DNA of 64,000 bases, from positions 6,585-70,584 of the forward strand of contig JAKPQA010000085.1 of the NCBI GenBank assembly GCA_029547025.1, given 5' to 3'. Shown here piece after piece: positions 38,717 to 48,434 of this stretch (positions within the stretch are counted from its first letter, which is position 1; the number at the start of each line of letters is the position of its first letter). Under the pieces are notes generated by a model. The model did not search any database and was not told the DNA's origin. It saw only the letters and a program-made list of their open reading frames with translations. This DNA is from Armatimonadota bacterium. GTDB lineage: Bacteria; Armatimonadota; Zipacnadia; UBA1398; JAKPQA01. The translations under genes were made by a program, and so were the position numbers.

Positions 38717-39349
38717 ATGCGGGTCAGCAAAGGGGCCGTCGTCGCATTGGCGGTCGGCCTCGTGGTTGTCGTCCTTGTTACCTACTTCGCCGACGAGGTT
38801 CGCAACTTCTTCTCCCTGGGTGCGTGGAGCACGAGCCGGGCTCGAGCGGCGACCGCTCGGGTCATCGAGGTGATTCGGGATCGCGACTTCGCAGCCGCGC
38901 AGGCCCTCTGCGGGCGCCAGGTCAGAGCCGCTGAGACCGACGGCAAGCTCAGCGGGTTGGGCATGGCCGGTCCCATGACTCCACCGCCGATCCCCATTGA
39001 GCTGCTCACCCCAACTGCGAACGCAGATCAGGCGAAGATCACGTTCCAGCTCGCGGCCATGATGGGCACGGCCACGGCAGAGCTCCCGGGCCCCGACGGC
39101 TCCAGGATCCGCTTGGTGCTCAAGCGTCCCCAGGGGAAGTGGCTTCTGGTCGGTGTAACGACCACGGGGACCTACCTCCCGGCGCCGGGCAAGGGGGGCG
39201 AGGGGAGCAGGTCGCCCAAGAGCCCGACTGCCGAGAGCGGCCGGCCGAAGGGACCAGGCGAGGCTGGGCCACCGGTAGACGCGACGCACACGCCAGAGGC
39301 CGCGCCGTCGAAGGCGAAGGGCCTGCCGGGAGCCGGACCCGCGACGTAG
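38717..39349 (+). CDS. small type-II membrane-anchored protein, paralog 3 of tandem triplet
   Basis: It starts MRVSKGA followed by a TM helix and the same conserved core (GPMTPPPIPIE, KGKWLLVGV). The start was preferred at 38717 over 38708 because of RBS spacing and agreement with the paralogs. Confidence 0.5.
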   Translation: MRVSKGAVVALAVGLVVVVLVTYFADEVRNFFSLGAWSTSRARAATARVIEVIRDRDFAAAQALCGRQVRAAETDGKLSGLGMAGPMTPPPIPIELLTPTANADQAKITFQLAAMMGTATAELPGPDGSRIRLVLKRPQGKWLLVGVTTTGTYLPAPGKGGEGSRSPKSPTAESGRPKGPGEAGPPVDATHTPEAAPSKAKGLPGAGPAT

Positions 39350-39350
39350 C

Positions 39351-39369
39351 CCGGGCGGGTTCATTCGCG
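39351..39369. repeat. third copy of CGGGCGGGTTCATYCGC-type motif at convergent gene ends
   Basis: CCGGGCGGGTTCATTCGCG resembles the 34227/34253 direct repeats (CCGGCGGGTTCATCAGCCG). Confidence 0.35.
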
Positions 39370-39382
39370 AGTGATGCCCTTC

Positions 39383-41965
39383 TCACCGTGTGCGGAGATG
39401 CACGATTCTCACGTCGCCGGACGGCACGGACAGGCGCACGCGGGTTGAGTGCGCATCAGTCCGAACGTCGAGCGCGGTGCCCGCGACCCACTCGTCGGCG
39501 CCCACACAGGGCTCGTCGAGCTCCACGAGTACGGCGGCCGTCTCCTCTTCCCGGATCCACGGCATTCCACGGGGCTGTTTGTAGGCCCCCCGGTTGTTGA
39601 GCAGGCCAACGACCCAGCCGTCGGCAGCGCGGTTCACCATCCACTGCACGCCGGGGCTGACCCTGACGGGGACAAGTCCACTGGTCACGTGGCGGAGCAG
39701 GTGGTCCATGAGGCCGAGTGGCTCCTGGTTGCTGTCCAGGAGATAGTGCGGGGTCGTAAGCACCACGTGCCCGGCTCCCACGCGGTGATCGGACACCAGG
39801 ACATCGTTCGAGCCGGGGACGGTAACCACGGGGCGGGCGCCGTGCATCTCGGCAACGGCATAATCGAACTCCGCCGAGCGCATGGTGGAGCCGTCGAGAT
39901 GGCAGATGGCCTCAGTGGCGCGACGCACCTCACCGGTCAGGGCGGCCCCAGTCAGCAAGGTCGGGAGGGAGGAGCCCACCTGCCGGGCGTTGGCAACCAG
40001 AGTGCCTCCGGCACGCACGTAGTCGTCGAGCCGCTGGGCCAACGCGCCGTCGATGCGCACCTCGCCGACCAGGATCGCCACGGGGTAGTTGCCGAGTGTG
40101 TGGCATGTGGCGGTCGTCAAGCCGTCGAAGATGTCCCCGTACGGGGTCTCGGTGAGGTACCCTCGCTCGAGCTTCTCCAGGCCGAGCCCTGCGTCCTCCG
40201 GCTCCCAACCAGTTCCGGGTTCGTGCCAAGGGTACACCAGGTTGAAGAAGTGATCCATCATGCGATCGCCGTCGGACAACGGTAGGCGTCCCCAGATTCG
40301 GTGAGGCGCGCAGCCCCGCGGCGACCACCCATGCGCGAAGTCGAGGATCACGGCGACAGGGGTGTAGGGTGTGCCCCGGTCCTTCTCGCGGTCCAGGCGG
40401 AACAGGCGCTCGGCCATCTCGCCCACGGGCGACAAGCGCCACTTCTCCGGCTGACCGGACGTCTCGAAGCCGGCCAGTTGGCGGAGGGCGCTCTCGCGCA
40501 TCACCAGCAACCGGTAGTTCTCGAACCACAACATGTTCGCGCCCGCCAGCCAGGTCGCGTAGCAGAAGCGCTTGTGGAGCATGGGCGAGTGCCCGCTGAA
40601 CATGGCCGCATCGGCTTCGAGGACCTCGGGGACGTAGGAGTAGTCCGTCACGGTGCCGGCGAACCATGAAGAGAGATCGATGCCCCACGGCTTGCCAGAC
40701 TCCCTTCCCGCGCCGCGCGTGAAGGCGATTTGGAGGTTCGTGCAGGGGATGTTCTCGCCGATCTCTGCCACGACCGAGGAGGCACCCCATGCGAACGCGT
40801 GGTGGTGGAAGAAGCGGTAGCCGTCCAGAGCCATAACGGCGCGCTTCACCGGTGTCGTGTCGGCCAGCTCCTCGTACCTCTGTCTCAGGCGTTCGAGTCC
40901 CTCATAGCGGTCGCGGATTGGGCCACCGAACCAGTCGCGCATATCCATGCGTATAAGCCCGTCGCCCCACTCGTTGAGTGGCCCACCGGGCCCGAGCTTC
41001 AGGCCGTAGAACCCAAGAAAGCGATCACGGGCGCTGGCCACGATACGCCGCTGCACACGCTGGGTCTCCGGGTCAAGCGACGGCTCAAGGGTGAACGGTC
41101 TGCGTTCGCCTGCCATGAGGCCCCGGTCGTTGGGCGCGAACAGCCAGGCCGCGTCAGCGAAGACCGGGTGGTCGGCCATACCCCACTCGTGCCATTCATC
41201 AGGACGGTACTCGGCCAGATGCCAGAACGTCCGGCCCGCGATCTCAATCGGCCGCCACGCGTCGGCGATTCTGAAGGCCGTGTCGCGCCCGCCGAGCGGG
41301 CGGCACGCGGGCTCGAGTTCAGCCTCGCGGGCACGGATGCTGATGTTGTCCAGCATGAAGCCCCAGCGGCTGTCCGGTCCCACCGCCGCCGCGTCGAAAC
41401 GGATCCTCCCGCGCACCATGGGGTCGTGTGGGAATGCGGCCCGCCAGCAGATGCGGCCCGTGTCGCGTTCGGCAACGATGATCACCGCCGTGGTGTCCTG
41501 GCAGAAGACGGTGACGTGGTACCACCGGTCATCCTCGGGGGCGAGGCGTGCCCCAGAGCGCCGGCAGTCCCACCGCCCGCCGTAGTGGCTCCATGCGCCA
41601 CCGGAGTACTCGACGTACCAGGCGGCGCCGTCCCACTCCTGCTCCGGCGCACTCTGCGTCACCTGGCACGATACGCAGTTGGCATAGCCTCCCAGGCGCT
41701 CCGCCGCGGGCTGCAGGTAGTCGAACTCGACCACATGGAACGGAGGCACCTCGGCCAGTGAGGTGAGGGTGCATCCACCGCCTATCCCGAGTAGGTGCAG
41801 GACGCCATTCTCGACGCGAACGAACGAGCCCGGCGTCTCGCTGGCGTGCACGTCCCACTTGCTGGCATCGACACCGGAGCCCCCGAAGTCGTCCTCGAGG
41901 ATGGACCGAGCGCCCAATGGGGCACACAGGGTGACCAGGGCCACGACAAGGAAACCAGTGAGCAT
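39383..41965 (-). CDS. secreted ConA/LamG-like (DUF1080-type) domain protein with large uncharacterised C-terminal region (860 aa)
   Basis: The start was set at Met20, giving the signal peptide MLTGFLVVALVTLCAPLGA. The N-terminal block LEDDFGGSGVDASKWDVH...VENGVLHL is typical of ConA-like lectin/glucanase modules. Confidence 0.5.
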   Translation of the reverse strand: MLTGFLVVALVTLCAPLGARSILEDDFGGSGVDASKWDVHASETPGSFVRVENGVLHLLGIGGGCTLTSLAEVPPFHVVEFDYLQPAAERLGGYANCVSCQVTQSAPEQEWDGAAWYVEYSGGAWSHYGGRWDCRRSGARLAPEDDRWYHVTVFCQDTTAVIIVAERDTGRICWRAAFPHDPMVRGRIRFDAAAVGPDSRWGFMLDNISIRAREAELEPACRPLGGRDTAFRIADAWRPIEIAGRTFWHLAEYRPDEWHEWGMADHPVFADAAWLFAPNDRGLMAGERRPFTLEPSLDPETQRVQRRIVASARDRFLGFYGLKLGPGGPLNEWGDGLIRMDMRDWFGGPIRDRYEGLERLRQRYEELADTTPVKRAVMALDGYRFFHHHAFAWGASSVVAEIGENIPCTNLQIAFTRGAGRESGKPWGIDLSSWFAGTVTDYSYVPEVLEADAAMFSGHSPMLHKRFCYATWLAGANMLWFENYRLLVMRESALRQLAGFETSGQPEKWRLSPVGEMAERLFRLDREKDRGTPYTPVAVILDFAHGWSPRGCAPHRIWGRLPLSDGDRMMDHFFNLVYPWHEPGTGWEPEDAGLGLEKLERGYLTETPYGDIFDGLTTATCHTLGNYPVAILVGEVRIDGALAQRLDDYVRAGGTLVANARQVGSSLPTLLTGAALTGEVRRATEAICHLDGSTMRSAEFDYAVAEMHGARPVVTVPGSNDVLVSDHRVGAGHVVLTTPHYLLDSNQEPLGLMDHLLRHVTSGLVPVRVSPGVQWMVNRAADGWVVGLLNNRGAYKQPRGMPWIREEETAAVLVELDEPCVGADEWVAGTALDVRTDAHSTRVRLSVPSGDVRIVHLRTR

Positions 41966-41996
41966 GATGTTGACCACTGATGGTACCTCGGTCCGC

Positions 41997-43793
41997 TCAG
42001 GCGGTGAGAAACTGCACTGCAACGCGGTGACGCCCGATGGGCACCGGGAAGTAGGCCCAGTTGGACGCGCATTCGGTCACGCGTTTCGGGATCACATCCG
42101 CGGATTCGACGAAGCAACGCGCGCCGACGGATTGGCCCAGACACACCCGGATGACGCACCCCGATGGGTCGGGACAGTCGACGACAAACTCGAGCAGGTT
42201 CCCGTCGAAGAGGGCGTCCTCGACCGTAGTCGCGTCGCGGTTCATCCACCACTCGTTGAGTCGATCGCTGCCCATGTATGCCACCGTGGCCCCGAGCTCG
42301 TCGACATAGCGAAGAAGCTCATCGATGGCCTCGCGGCACCCGGGAGAACCGGCGATGTAGACCGGGTGGTAGAACAGGCACATCGTGAGACGACCGGCGA
42401 GGGCCAGATCGACCGCACGACGTACCGCGGCGGGATCGCACTGCTCGTCCTGGTACCCGACTTCGTACCCCGTGATGGCCTCCTGGACGAAGGGCAGGCG
42501 CCGGTTACCGTGGCGCCAGTCGTCCCACACGTGCCGGGGGAAAGCAGTACCGAAAGAGAATCCGGTCACGTTGGTGGGGTTCATCCCGACGGGCTCGGGA
42601 CCGAACCACGAGTTGTCGCCGGTCCCACCCGTGGCCGCGATCCACCGGGCGGGATCGGCCCACCCGCACCATCGGCACCAGTGGTTCACCGAGCACCGCG
42701 AGCTTCGGCCGAATGCCCGCATGAACTGGTCTGCTTGGGCCCGCACATCGTGTTCGGTGAACCCGCACGGATGGCTGAACCCGTCGACAAAGTTGTAGTG
42801 CAGCGCGAGCTCGTGGCCGTTGGCCTCGATGTGAGCGGCCTCCTGGGCGCTCACCGCGAACCCCTCACCGACGGGCATCAGGTTGATGTGATAGGGCAGG
42901 CCCCGGCTCCGCATGAAGTCCGACGCGGGCACCTGATTGCCGGCCTCGCCCTCATCGTCGCCGCCGAAGTAGAACACGGCGTCCGCCACCCGCCCTCCGG
43001 CGGGTGGGAGGGCGTCAACCATGGGGATTGGCCTGAGGCCCAGGATGACCCGGAGGAGTGATTGGAGCACGTCGGTGTACGGCACGGCCACATCGTTGTC
43101 GCCGACAATGCGGGCGTCCATCGCTCGCAGGTAGCCATCGCCATCATAGTCGCGGTCGATCGGTCTTCCCTGGTGGATCGCCCACATCGTCTGGGCGACA
43201 TCGAAGGCAAAATAGCAGGCGTAGCCCGCCCCGACACGCCGGAGCGTAACCCCGGCGTACGGGGTCTCCACAGCGCGCCTGCCACAGGTTGGCGCATCGG
43301 GCGATGGCTCCATCACCGTTGCGAGAGTCTCGACGCCCTCATCGTCAGCAACCACCAGCCGCACGGGGGAAACCACGAGGAGCGGCTGGTCCTCGAACCC
43401 GGCGGGATGCACATCGGAGGCCAAGTTGCAGTCGGTGAGCCGAAGGTAGGCCGCGATGCCAAAGTCGCCTTCGGGCTGCTTCAGGCAGCCCTCCACGCGG
43501 ATGCCGAACAGCTCTTCGAGCCCAACCGTCGCAAAGCCAATGAGTATCCCCCCGGCCCGGACCCATGCTTCCGCGGCTGACGGGACCGTGGGCGAGACGC
43601 CCGGATGGGAGCCGGCCACGACCACAGCATACCCGGCCAGACGGATCAGGTCCCGCGCATCGGCCGGGGCCAGACGTTCGGGCGTGATACCGAGACGCCG
43701 CAGGATCTCCTCCGTGTACACCGGCCAGTAGTTGCGGCCGGCTGCGTTCGCATCGCTGTGCGCCTGCGCGTCGTACACCCACGCGACTCGCAT
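41997..43793 (-). CDS. hypothetical protein with GATase1-like (beta-galactosidase-trimerisation-like) N-domain and polysaccharide-deacetylase-like region
   Basis: The start was set at Met59 (MRVAWVYD...) to avoid a 117-nt overlap with the upstream gene. Assignment is weak and by pattern only (FYFGGDDEGE, HELALHYNF). Confidence 0.35.
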   Translation of the reverse strand: MRVAWVYDAQAHSDANAAGRNYWPVYTEEILRRLGITPERLAPADARDLIRLAGYAVVVAGSHPGVSPTVPSAAEAWVRAGGILIGFATVGLEELFGIRVEGCLKQPEGDFGIAAYLRLTDCNLASDVHPAGFEDQPLLVVSPVRLVVADDEGVETLATVMEPSPDAPTCGRRAVETPYAGVTLRRVGAGYACYFAFDVAQTMWAIHQGRPIDRDYDGDGYLRAMDARIVGDNDVAVPYTDVLQSLLRVILGLRPIPMVDALPPAGGRVADAVFYFGGDDEGEAGNQVPASDFMRSRGLPYHINLMPVGEGFAVSAQEAAHIEANGHELALHYNFVDGFSHPCGFTEHDVRAQADQFMRAFGRSSRCSVNHWCRWCGWADPARWIAATGGTGDNSWFGPEPVGMNPTNVTGFSFGTAFPRHVWDDWRHGNRRLPFVQEAITGYEVGYQDEQCDPAAVRRAVDLALAGRLTMCLFYHPVYIAGSPGCREAIDELLRYVDELGATVAYMGSDRLNEWWMNRDATTVEDALFDGNLLEFVVDCPDPSGCVIRVCLGQSVGARCFVESADVIPKRVTECASNWAYFPVPIGRHRVAVQFLTA

Positions 43794-43849
43794 CGGCCTC
43801 CTGGGGGAGCCAACCAAGGGGCTCACTGCCTCTCGCAACTGGGCTGAAC

Positions 43850-45007
43850 CTATGCGAGCCGCTCGACGGCCCGGCGAAGCCGATCGGCCTGAGCGGCGAC
43901 GGCGTCGTCGGGCTGGAACGGGTAGCCCAGTATGATGTTCGGGAACAGGGCTTCCACCTTGGGGCACAACCCATCCGGGTACTGGTTGCCCGTGCCCTCG
44001 TAGAGTGGGCAGTCCAGCGGGCAGCCCCGCCCGGCGCCCAGCCGTTCGGCGATGAGCGGGTGACGGTAGGCCGGCATGTTCGTATAGCCCATTCCGATGC
44101 CGACCTGCTCCTCCTCGAGCACCCGGGCGAAGTCGTCACGGGGAAGGCCTATCCGCTCGCCGTGGAAGGTAGCGCCCCAGAGGTGGAAACTGTGCTCGGC
44201 CTCGGCCGGCCCTCGCTGGAGGTCGATGAACTCGCAGTCGGCCACCGCAGCATCCAGCATGGCGGCGGCGCGGCGGAGGCCCTCGATGTAGCCCGGCAAG
44301 CGCTCGAGCTGGGCGATGCCGATGGCGGCCACGGGTTCGGACATCCGGTAGTTGTAGTGCATCCCATATGCCACGGACATGAACGTCGGCGCCCCCGCAT
44401 GCAGGTTCAGCTTCCCCGCGAGCTCATCGTTGTCCGTCAGCGCCATACCGCCATCACCCAGACCCATCTGCTTGCTGGCTTGGAAGCTGAAGGACCCGAT
44501 GTCCCCCCACGTGCCGACGCACTTGCCCTTGTACCGTGTCAGCAGAGCATGGGCACAGTCCTCGATGACCACGATGCCATGCCGGTGTGCCACCTCGACG
44601 ATGCGGTCAATCTCGGCAGGTAGACCGCAGACGTGGGTCACGATGAGTGCCTTGGTCCGCTCGGTGATGCGCGCCTCGATGGCGTCGGGATCCATGTTCC
44701 ACGTCACCGGGTTGACGTCCACGAAGACGGGAATGGCGTTCGCATACATCGTGGCCATGGCGCCGAACACGCACACGGGATCGCAGATGACCTCGTCCCC
44801 CGCCCCGGCTCCAGCCGAGATGACGGAGGCATGCAGCACCGACATGGCACAGTTCATGGCCACACCGTGCTTCGCGCCATGGGCCTCAGCGAAAGCCTTC
44901 TGAAAGCGCGGGGTAAGCTGGCCGCCATCGAGGATGGAGAGATGCCCCGACTGCAGCACCTCGCGAACCAGACCGAGGTCTCGGTCATCGAACACTCGAG
45001 TGGGCAT
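43850..45007 (-). CDS. DegT/DnrJ/EryC1/StrS-family PLP-dependent aminotransferase
   Basis: The family N-terminus MPTRVFDDRDLGLVREVLQSGHLS is present, along with the PLP-lysine region SFSFQASKQMGLGDGG. The start was set at the internal Met184 of the computed ORF. Confidence 0.8.
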   Translation of the reverse strand: MPTRVFDDRDLGLVREVLQSGHLSILDGGQLTPRFQKAFAEAHGAKHGVAMNCAMSVLHASVISAGAGAGDEVICDPVCVFGAMATMYANAIPVFVDVNPVTWNMDPDAIEARITERTKALIVTHVCGLPAEIDRIVEVAHRHGIVVIEDCAHALLTRYKGKCVGTWGDIGSFSFQASKQMGLGDGGMALTDNDELAGKLNLHAGAPTFMSVAYGMHYNYRMSEPVAAIGIAQLERLPGYIEGLRRAAAMLDAAVADCEFIDLQRGPAEAEHSFHLWGATFHGERIGLPRDDFARVLEEEQVGIGMGYTNMPAYRHPLIAERLGAGRGCPLDCPLYEGTGNQYPDGLCPKVEALFPNIILGYPFQPDDAVAAQADRLRRAVERLA

Positions 45008-45167
45008 GGGGTCCTCCGAAGGGTGCGGGGTGTCCGGACGATCCGGATGAGCGGGGCTTCTGCCCCTCCGCGTGGAGTTCCTGCGGGGTGCCGAGCCTGC
45101 GGCGGGCGCAGGGCATGGTGGCGCACCAGGCGAAGGGGACCCCGCTCCGCTCCGCGGCGATCCGTCG

Positions 45168-48100
45168 ATGCGAAAGGTGGGGCTCGATTTGGTCGGTATC
45201 TGGTTGGGTAGTGCCCTCGTGATCGGGGCGGCGACGCCATCCGCAGCGGGGGAGTCCCGCTCGGACGACGCGGTGGTTCGTTGGACGGACCGGACCATTG
45301 AACTCGAGACACGCGCTGTCCTGCTGCGCCTCGACATGCCAGCCGCCGGTGGCTTGCGCCGGTCGGCGTGGGTGAACCGATCCACGGGCGTGGATGTCGT
45401 TGCGGGCGGGACACAGGCCGACTTCTCCGTCACGGTCGACGGGCAGCTGTTGTCCTCGACCGATGCATCGTTCGTCGTCAAGAGCGTTGCGTGCCAACGC
45501 ACCGAGCACGGTGCGCTGCATGTCACGCTTCGCGTCGCGCATCCCAAAGTGGGCATCGCGCGCCACTATGTGGTTCATCCGGGCATTGGCCTGATCCGGG
45601 GGTGGCTGGAGATCTCCAATGTCGCCAGGACCCCCGTGCGCGTGGGCGAGCCCTCGATCGCTGGAGCGCGACATGGTGGCCGCGAGCTCGACCTGCTCTG
45701 GATGAGCGGTGCTGAACTTCCCGGCGACTCATGGCGGATGCGACGCGAGCCCCTGCGCGGTGCCCGCCGCGTGTTTGACTCATACGATAGCCCGCCCGGG
45801 GCCACGAGTGCGGCTCTCCCGGGCGACGGCGTCGACACGCAGATTCGTCTCAACGATCGCGTGATCTGGCCCGAGGCGGGCTGGGCGCACTCGGCGCACT
45901 CGAACGACCCCGTCAGCCACGATGTGACCGTGGAGCTGCGTCAGGGAGACCGGGTCGAGTTCGTACTGGCTCGGGCAGGCCACATGACATGTGACACCAC
46001 CGAGTGGGACCCCGTCATCGAGTTCGCCGACGGCGAGCGCTTCCAGGCGTCGGCTGGCTTCAGCGACGTTCAGGGAGCGCGGGACTGGTCCTATGAATAT
46101 GAGAGCGATGGCGGCCAGCGCACCCCATGCGTGTATGACCCCGCTCCCGGGCGGTACGGACAGCGCTGGCGCCGGGCCATCGGCGTGATCGAGCCGTTCA
46201 TCTCAGCCACGGAGATGCACCCCGACCCTGAAGGCCGCGCAGTCCGTGTGTTTGCGTCCTCGCGAACGGGGAAGGCTACCATCCGCGGCACCGTTCGGAA
46301 CACGGGCAATGGTGGGCCGGCGGGCCAAGGCTTCCGCTTGGGCACCATGACCTACGTACCATGGTTCTGCGTGATGGATGCCGACACGCGGACAGGAGCC
46401 TATGTCGGGTTCGACTGCATGGCCCATTGGCGGGCCGAGCTCGGCGAGGACGGTTCGGTGGCCGTGTTCCTCGCCGGGTACTCGAGAGAGCTGGCGCCCG
46501 GCGGTACTATCCGGACGCCGTATTCCTTCATGGGGCTGTTCACAGAAGACCTGGACGAGATGGGTCAGGACATCCTCGAGTGGCAGTACCGCCACCTGTG
46601 GGACTACACGCGCGAGCCATGGTTTCCAGCCACTCGCATGCTCGGATACTGGATGAAGGGCACTGCGTGGGGCAGACAGAGCTGGGTCGGTGGCCAGCCG
46701 GACTACGAATCCACCTTCCGCAAGGTGTTCCGGACTGCCGACTTCATGCGCTATGTCGGCGGCGATACGTACCACCGCGACTGGGGCTGGTGGGACCGGG
46801 CGGGCGACTGGAACGGGCCCGACTTCCGCACGACAGGTCGTTACCTGAGAGAGTATGGCATGGGCCAGCTCATCTATGCCTTCATCTACACCGTCGATCC
46901 CGAGTCAAGCGTCGCTCGCGCCCATCCTGAATGGCTGGCAGACCCGAATACGTTGGACCAGTCGATGCCGGAAGTCGTCGACTACCAGGTTGACCTGCTC
47001 GCCAGCTTCTACAAGCGTTGGGGCCCATTCCAGTGGCGAAATGACAGTGTCCCGCTCGGCCGGCGCGACGGGGACGACAGCGTGTTGCTGGGGCAGCAGC
47101 AGGGCCTCATGGAGACTCTGCGTCGGTTCCTCGACACCCACCCCGACTGCGCGTTCCAGGGCGTGAACGGCGGAGGCATGGGGCTCAATTGGGAGTACCT
47201 CGGCTATGCCAGCGGCTTCCAGTTCACGGACGGGCAAGCCGGGCAGCTGGCGAGCTACTACGCGACCTACCTGTTCCCGCCCGACAAGATCAATGACATG
47301 CCCGACATCTGGGATCCCGCCAAGTTTGATCCGGCCACATGGCGATCGCTTCTGTGCACCAATTTCGACATGACCGGCGACACGTTTGACCTCGCGCAAC
47401 TGGAGGGAATCCGCCAGATCGTCGACATCTACCACTACCTGCAGAGCCGCGGAGTCGTGGGGAGATGGGTGCGGGTGTACCATCCCACAGTGACAGGCGA
47501 TGACCCCACCATGTACCTCCAGCGTCTGAGCTGGGACCGGAAGCGGGGCATCATCATCACCAAGCACCGGATCACGGGAGTGGTCGTGGTCCACCCGAAA
47601 GGCCTCGAGCCCTACGAGCGGTATGAGGTCACACTCCAGGAGAGCCCTGAGTCGTTCGTGAGGACCGGGGCCCAGCTCATGGAGGATGGAGTCCGTCTGA
47701 GTGATCCGCCCCCCGGTGAGCTCATTTACCTGAACCTGTCGGATCACCCAGGGAATCGCGTCGACAGGACGCCGCCGGCGACGCCCGGGAGCGTGGCCTC
47801 CAGCGTCGCGCAGCATATGGGGGTCCCGGGCGTTGACCTGCGCTGGGCCCCCGCGGACGATGACTGCTGGCTCAGCTACTACGAGATCGCCCGCGACGGG
47901 AAGATCGTCGGCCGCGTCGCGAAGGGATGCTTCTACTTCGACCATTCCGCCGACGCCGACCCGGCGGCCGTCTACGCCGTCCGAGCGGTTGACGGGGCGG
48001 GCAATGTCTCGGCATGGGCTGCCGCGAAGCCTTGCGCGGGCCCGCGCCGCCAGGTGGTGCGCGCGGTGGGCGGCCAGGGCCTGCGCTTCACGGGGACCTG

Positions 48101-48434
48101 GGAGCCGGAGGCCGATCTGGACCCAATCGGCAACGGGACACTCTTGCGCGCGGCGGCTGCCGGCGCGTCGGCGACTCTATCCTTCACGGGGCGCGGCCTG
48201 GTGATCCACTCGCGCCTCGGAGAGCGGGGAGGGCTGGCCCGAATCGCCATCGACGACGAGGAACCCGTCGTGGTCAGCTGCTACAGCGCCGACGAGATCC
48301 CCCAGTGGCCGCTTTTCGAGCGCGGGTGGGATGCCTCGAGCGAGCACCACGTGCGAATCGAGTGCCTCGGGCAACCCGACGCCCGCGGTACCGGCACTAA
48401 CGTCTGGCTCGACGCGGTGGCGGTGCACCCGTGA
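45168..48434 (+). CDS. large secreted multidomain glycoside-hydrolase-like protein (TIM-barrel-like core, Fn3-like and C-terminal CBM-like domains)
   Basis: Signal peptide MRKVGLDLVGIWLGSALVIGAA. An Asp-rich putative catalytic block YHRDWGWWDRAGDWNG is present. An Fn3-like segment (LRWAPADDDCWLSYYEIARDG...AVYAVRAVDGAGNVS) and a terminal beta-sandwich follow. The family was not determined. Confidence 0.4.
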   Translation: MRKVGLDLVGIWLGSALVIGAATPSAAGESRSDDAVVRWTDRTIELETRAVLLRLDMPAAGGLRRSAWVNRSTGVDVVAGGTQADFSVTVDGQLLSSTDASFVVKSVACQRTEHGALHVTLRVAHPKVGIARHYVVHPGIGLIRGWLEISNVARTPVRVGEPSIAGARHGGRELDLLWMSGAELPGDSWRMRREPLRGARRVFDSYDSPPGATSAALPGDGVDTQIRLNDRVIWPEAGWAHSAHSNDPVSHDVTVELRQGDRVEFVLARAGHMTCDTTEWDPVIEFADGERFQASAGFSDVQGARDWSYEYESDGGQRTPCVYDPAPGRYGQRWRRAIGVIEPFISATEMHPDPEGRAVRVFASSRTGKATIRGTVRNTGNGGPAGQGFRLGTMTYVPWFCVMDADTRTGAYVGFDCMAHWRAELGEDGSVAVFLAGYSRELAPGGTIRTPYSFMGLFTEDLDEMGQDILEWQYRHLWDYTREPWFPATRMLGYWMKGTAWGRQSWVGGQPDYESTFRKVFRTADFMRYVGGDTYHRDWGWWDRAGDWNGPDFRTTGRYLREYGMGQLIYAFIYTVDPESSVARAHPEWLADPNTLDQSMPEVVDYQVDLLASFYKRWGPFQWRNDSVPLGRRDGDDSVLLGQQQGLMETLRRFLDTHPDCAFQGVNGGGMGLNWEYLGYASGFQFTDGQAGQLASYYATYLFPPDKINDMPDIWDPAKFDPATWRSLLCTNFDMTGDTFDLAQLEGIRQIVDIYHYLQSRGVVGRWVRVYHPTVTGDDPTMYLQRLSWDRKRGIIITKHRITGVVVVHPKGLEPYERYEVTLQESPESFVRTGAQLMEDGVRLSDPPPGELIYLNLSDHPGNRVDRTPPATPGSVASSVAQHMGVPGVDLRWAPADDDCWLSYYEIARDGKIVGRVAKGCFYFDHSADADPAAVYAVRAVDGAGNVSAWAAAKPCAGPRRQVVRAVGGQGLRFTGTWEPEADLDPIGNGTLLRAAAAGASATLSFTGRGLVIHSRLGERGGLARIAIDDEEPVVVSCYSADEIPQWPLFERGWDASSEHHVRIECLGQPDARGTGTNVWLDAVAVHP

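Noticed and set aside
37410-39349. Type IV prepilin-like leader (MRxSKGA + hydrophobic helix) in the three paralogs.
   Set aside because: There is no Phe at +1 or Glu at +5 after the Gly. The helix is long enough to be a membrane anchor, and the conserved domain is too large for a pilin.
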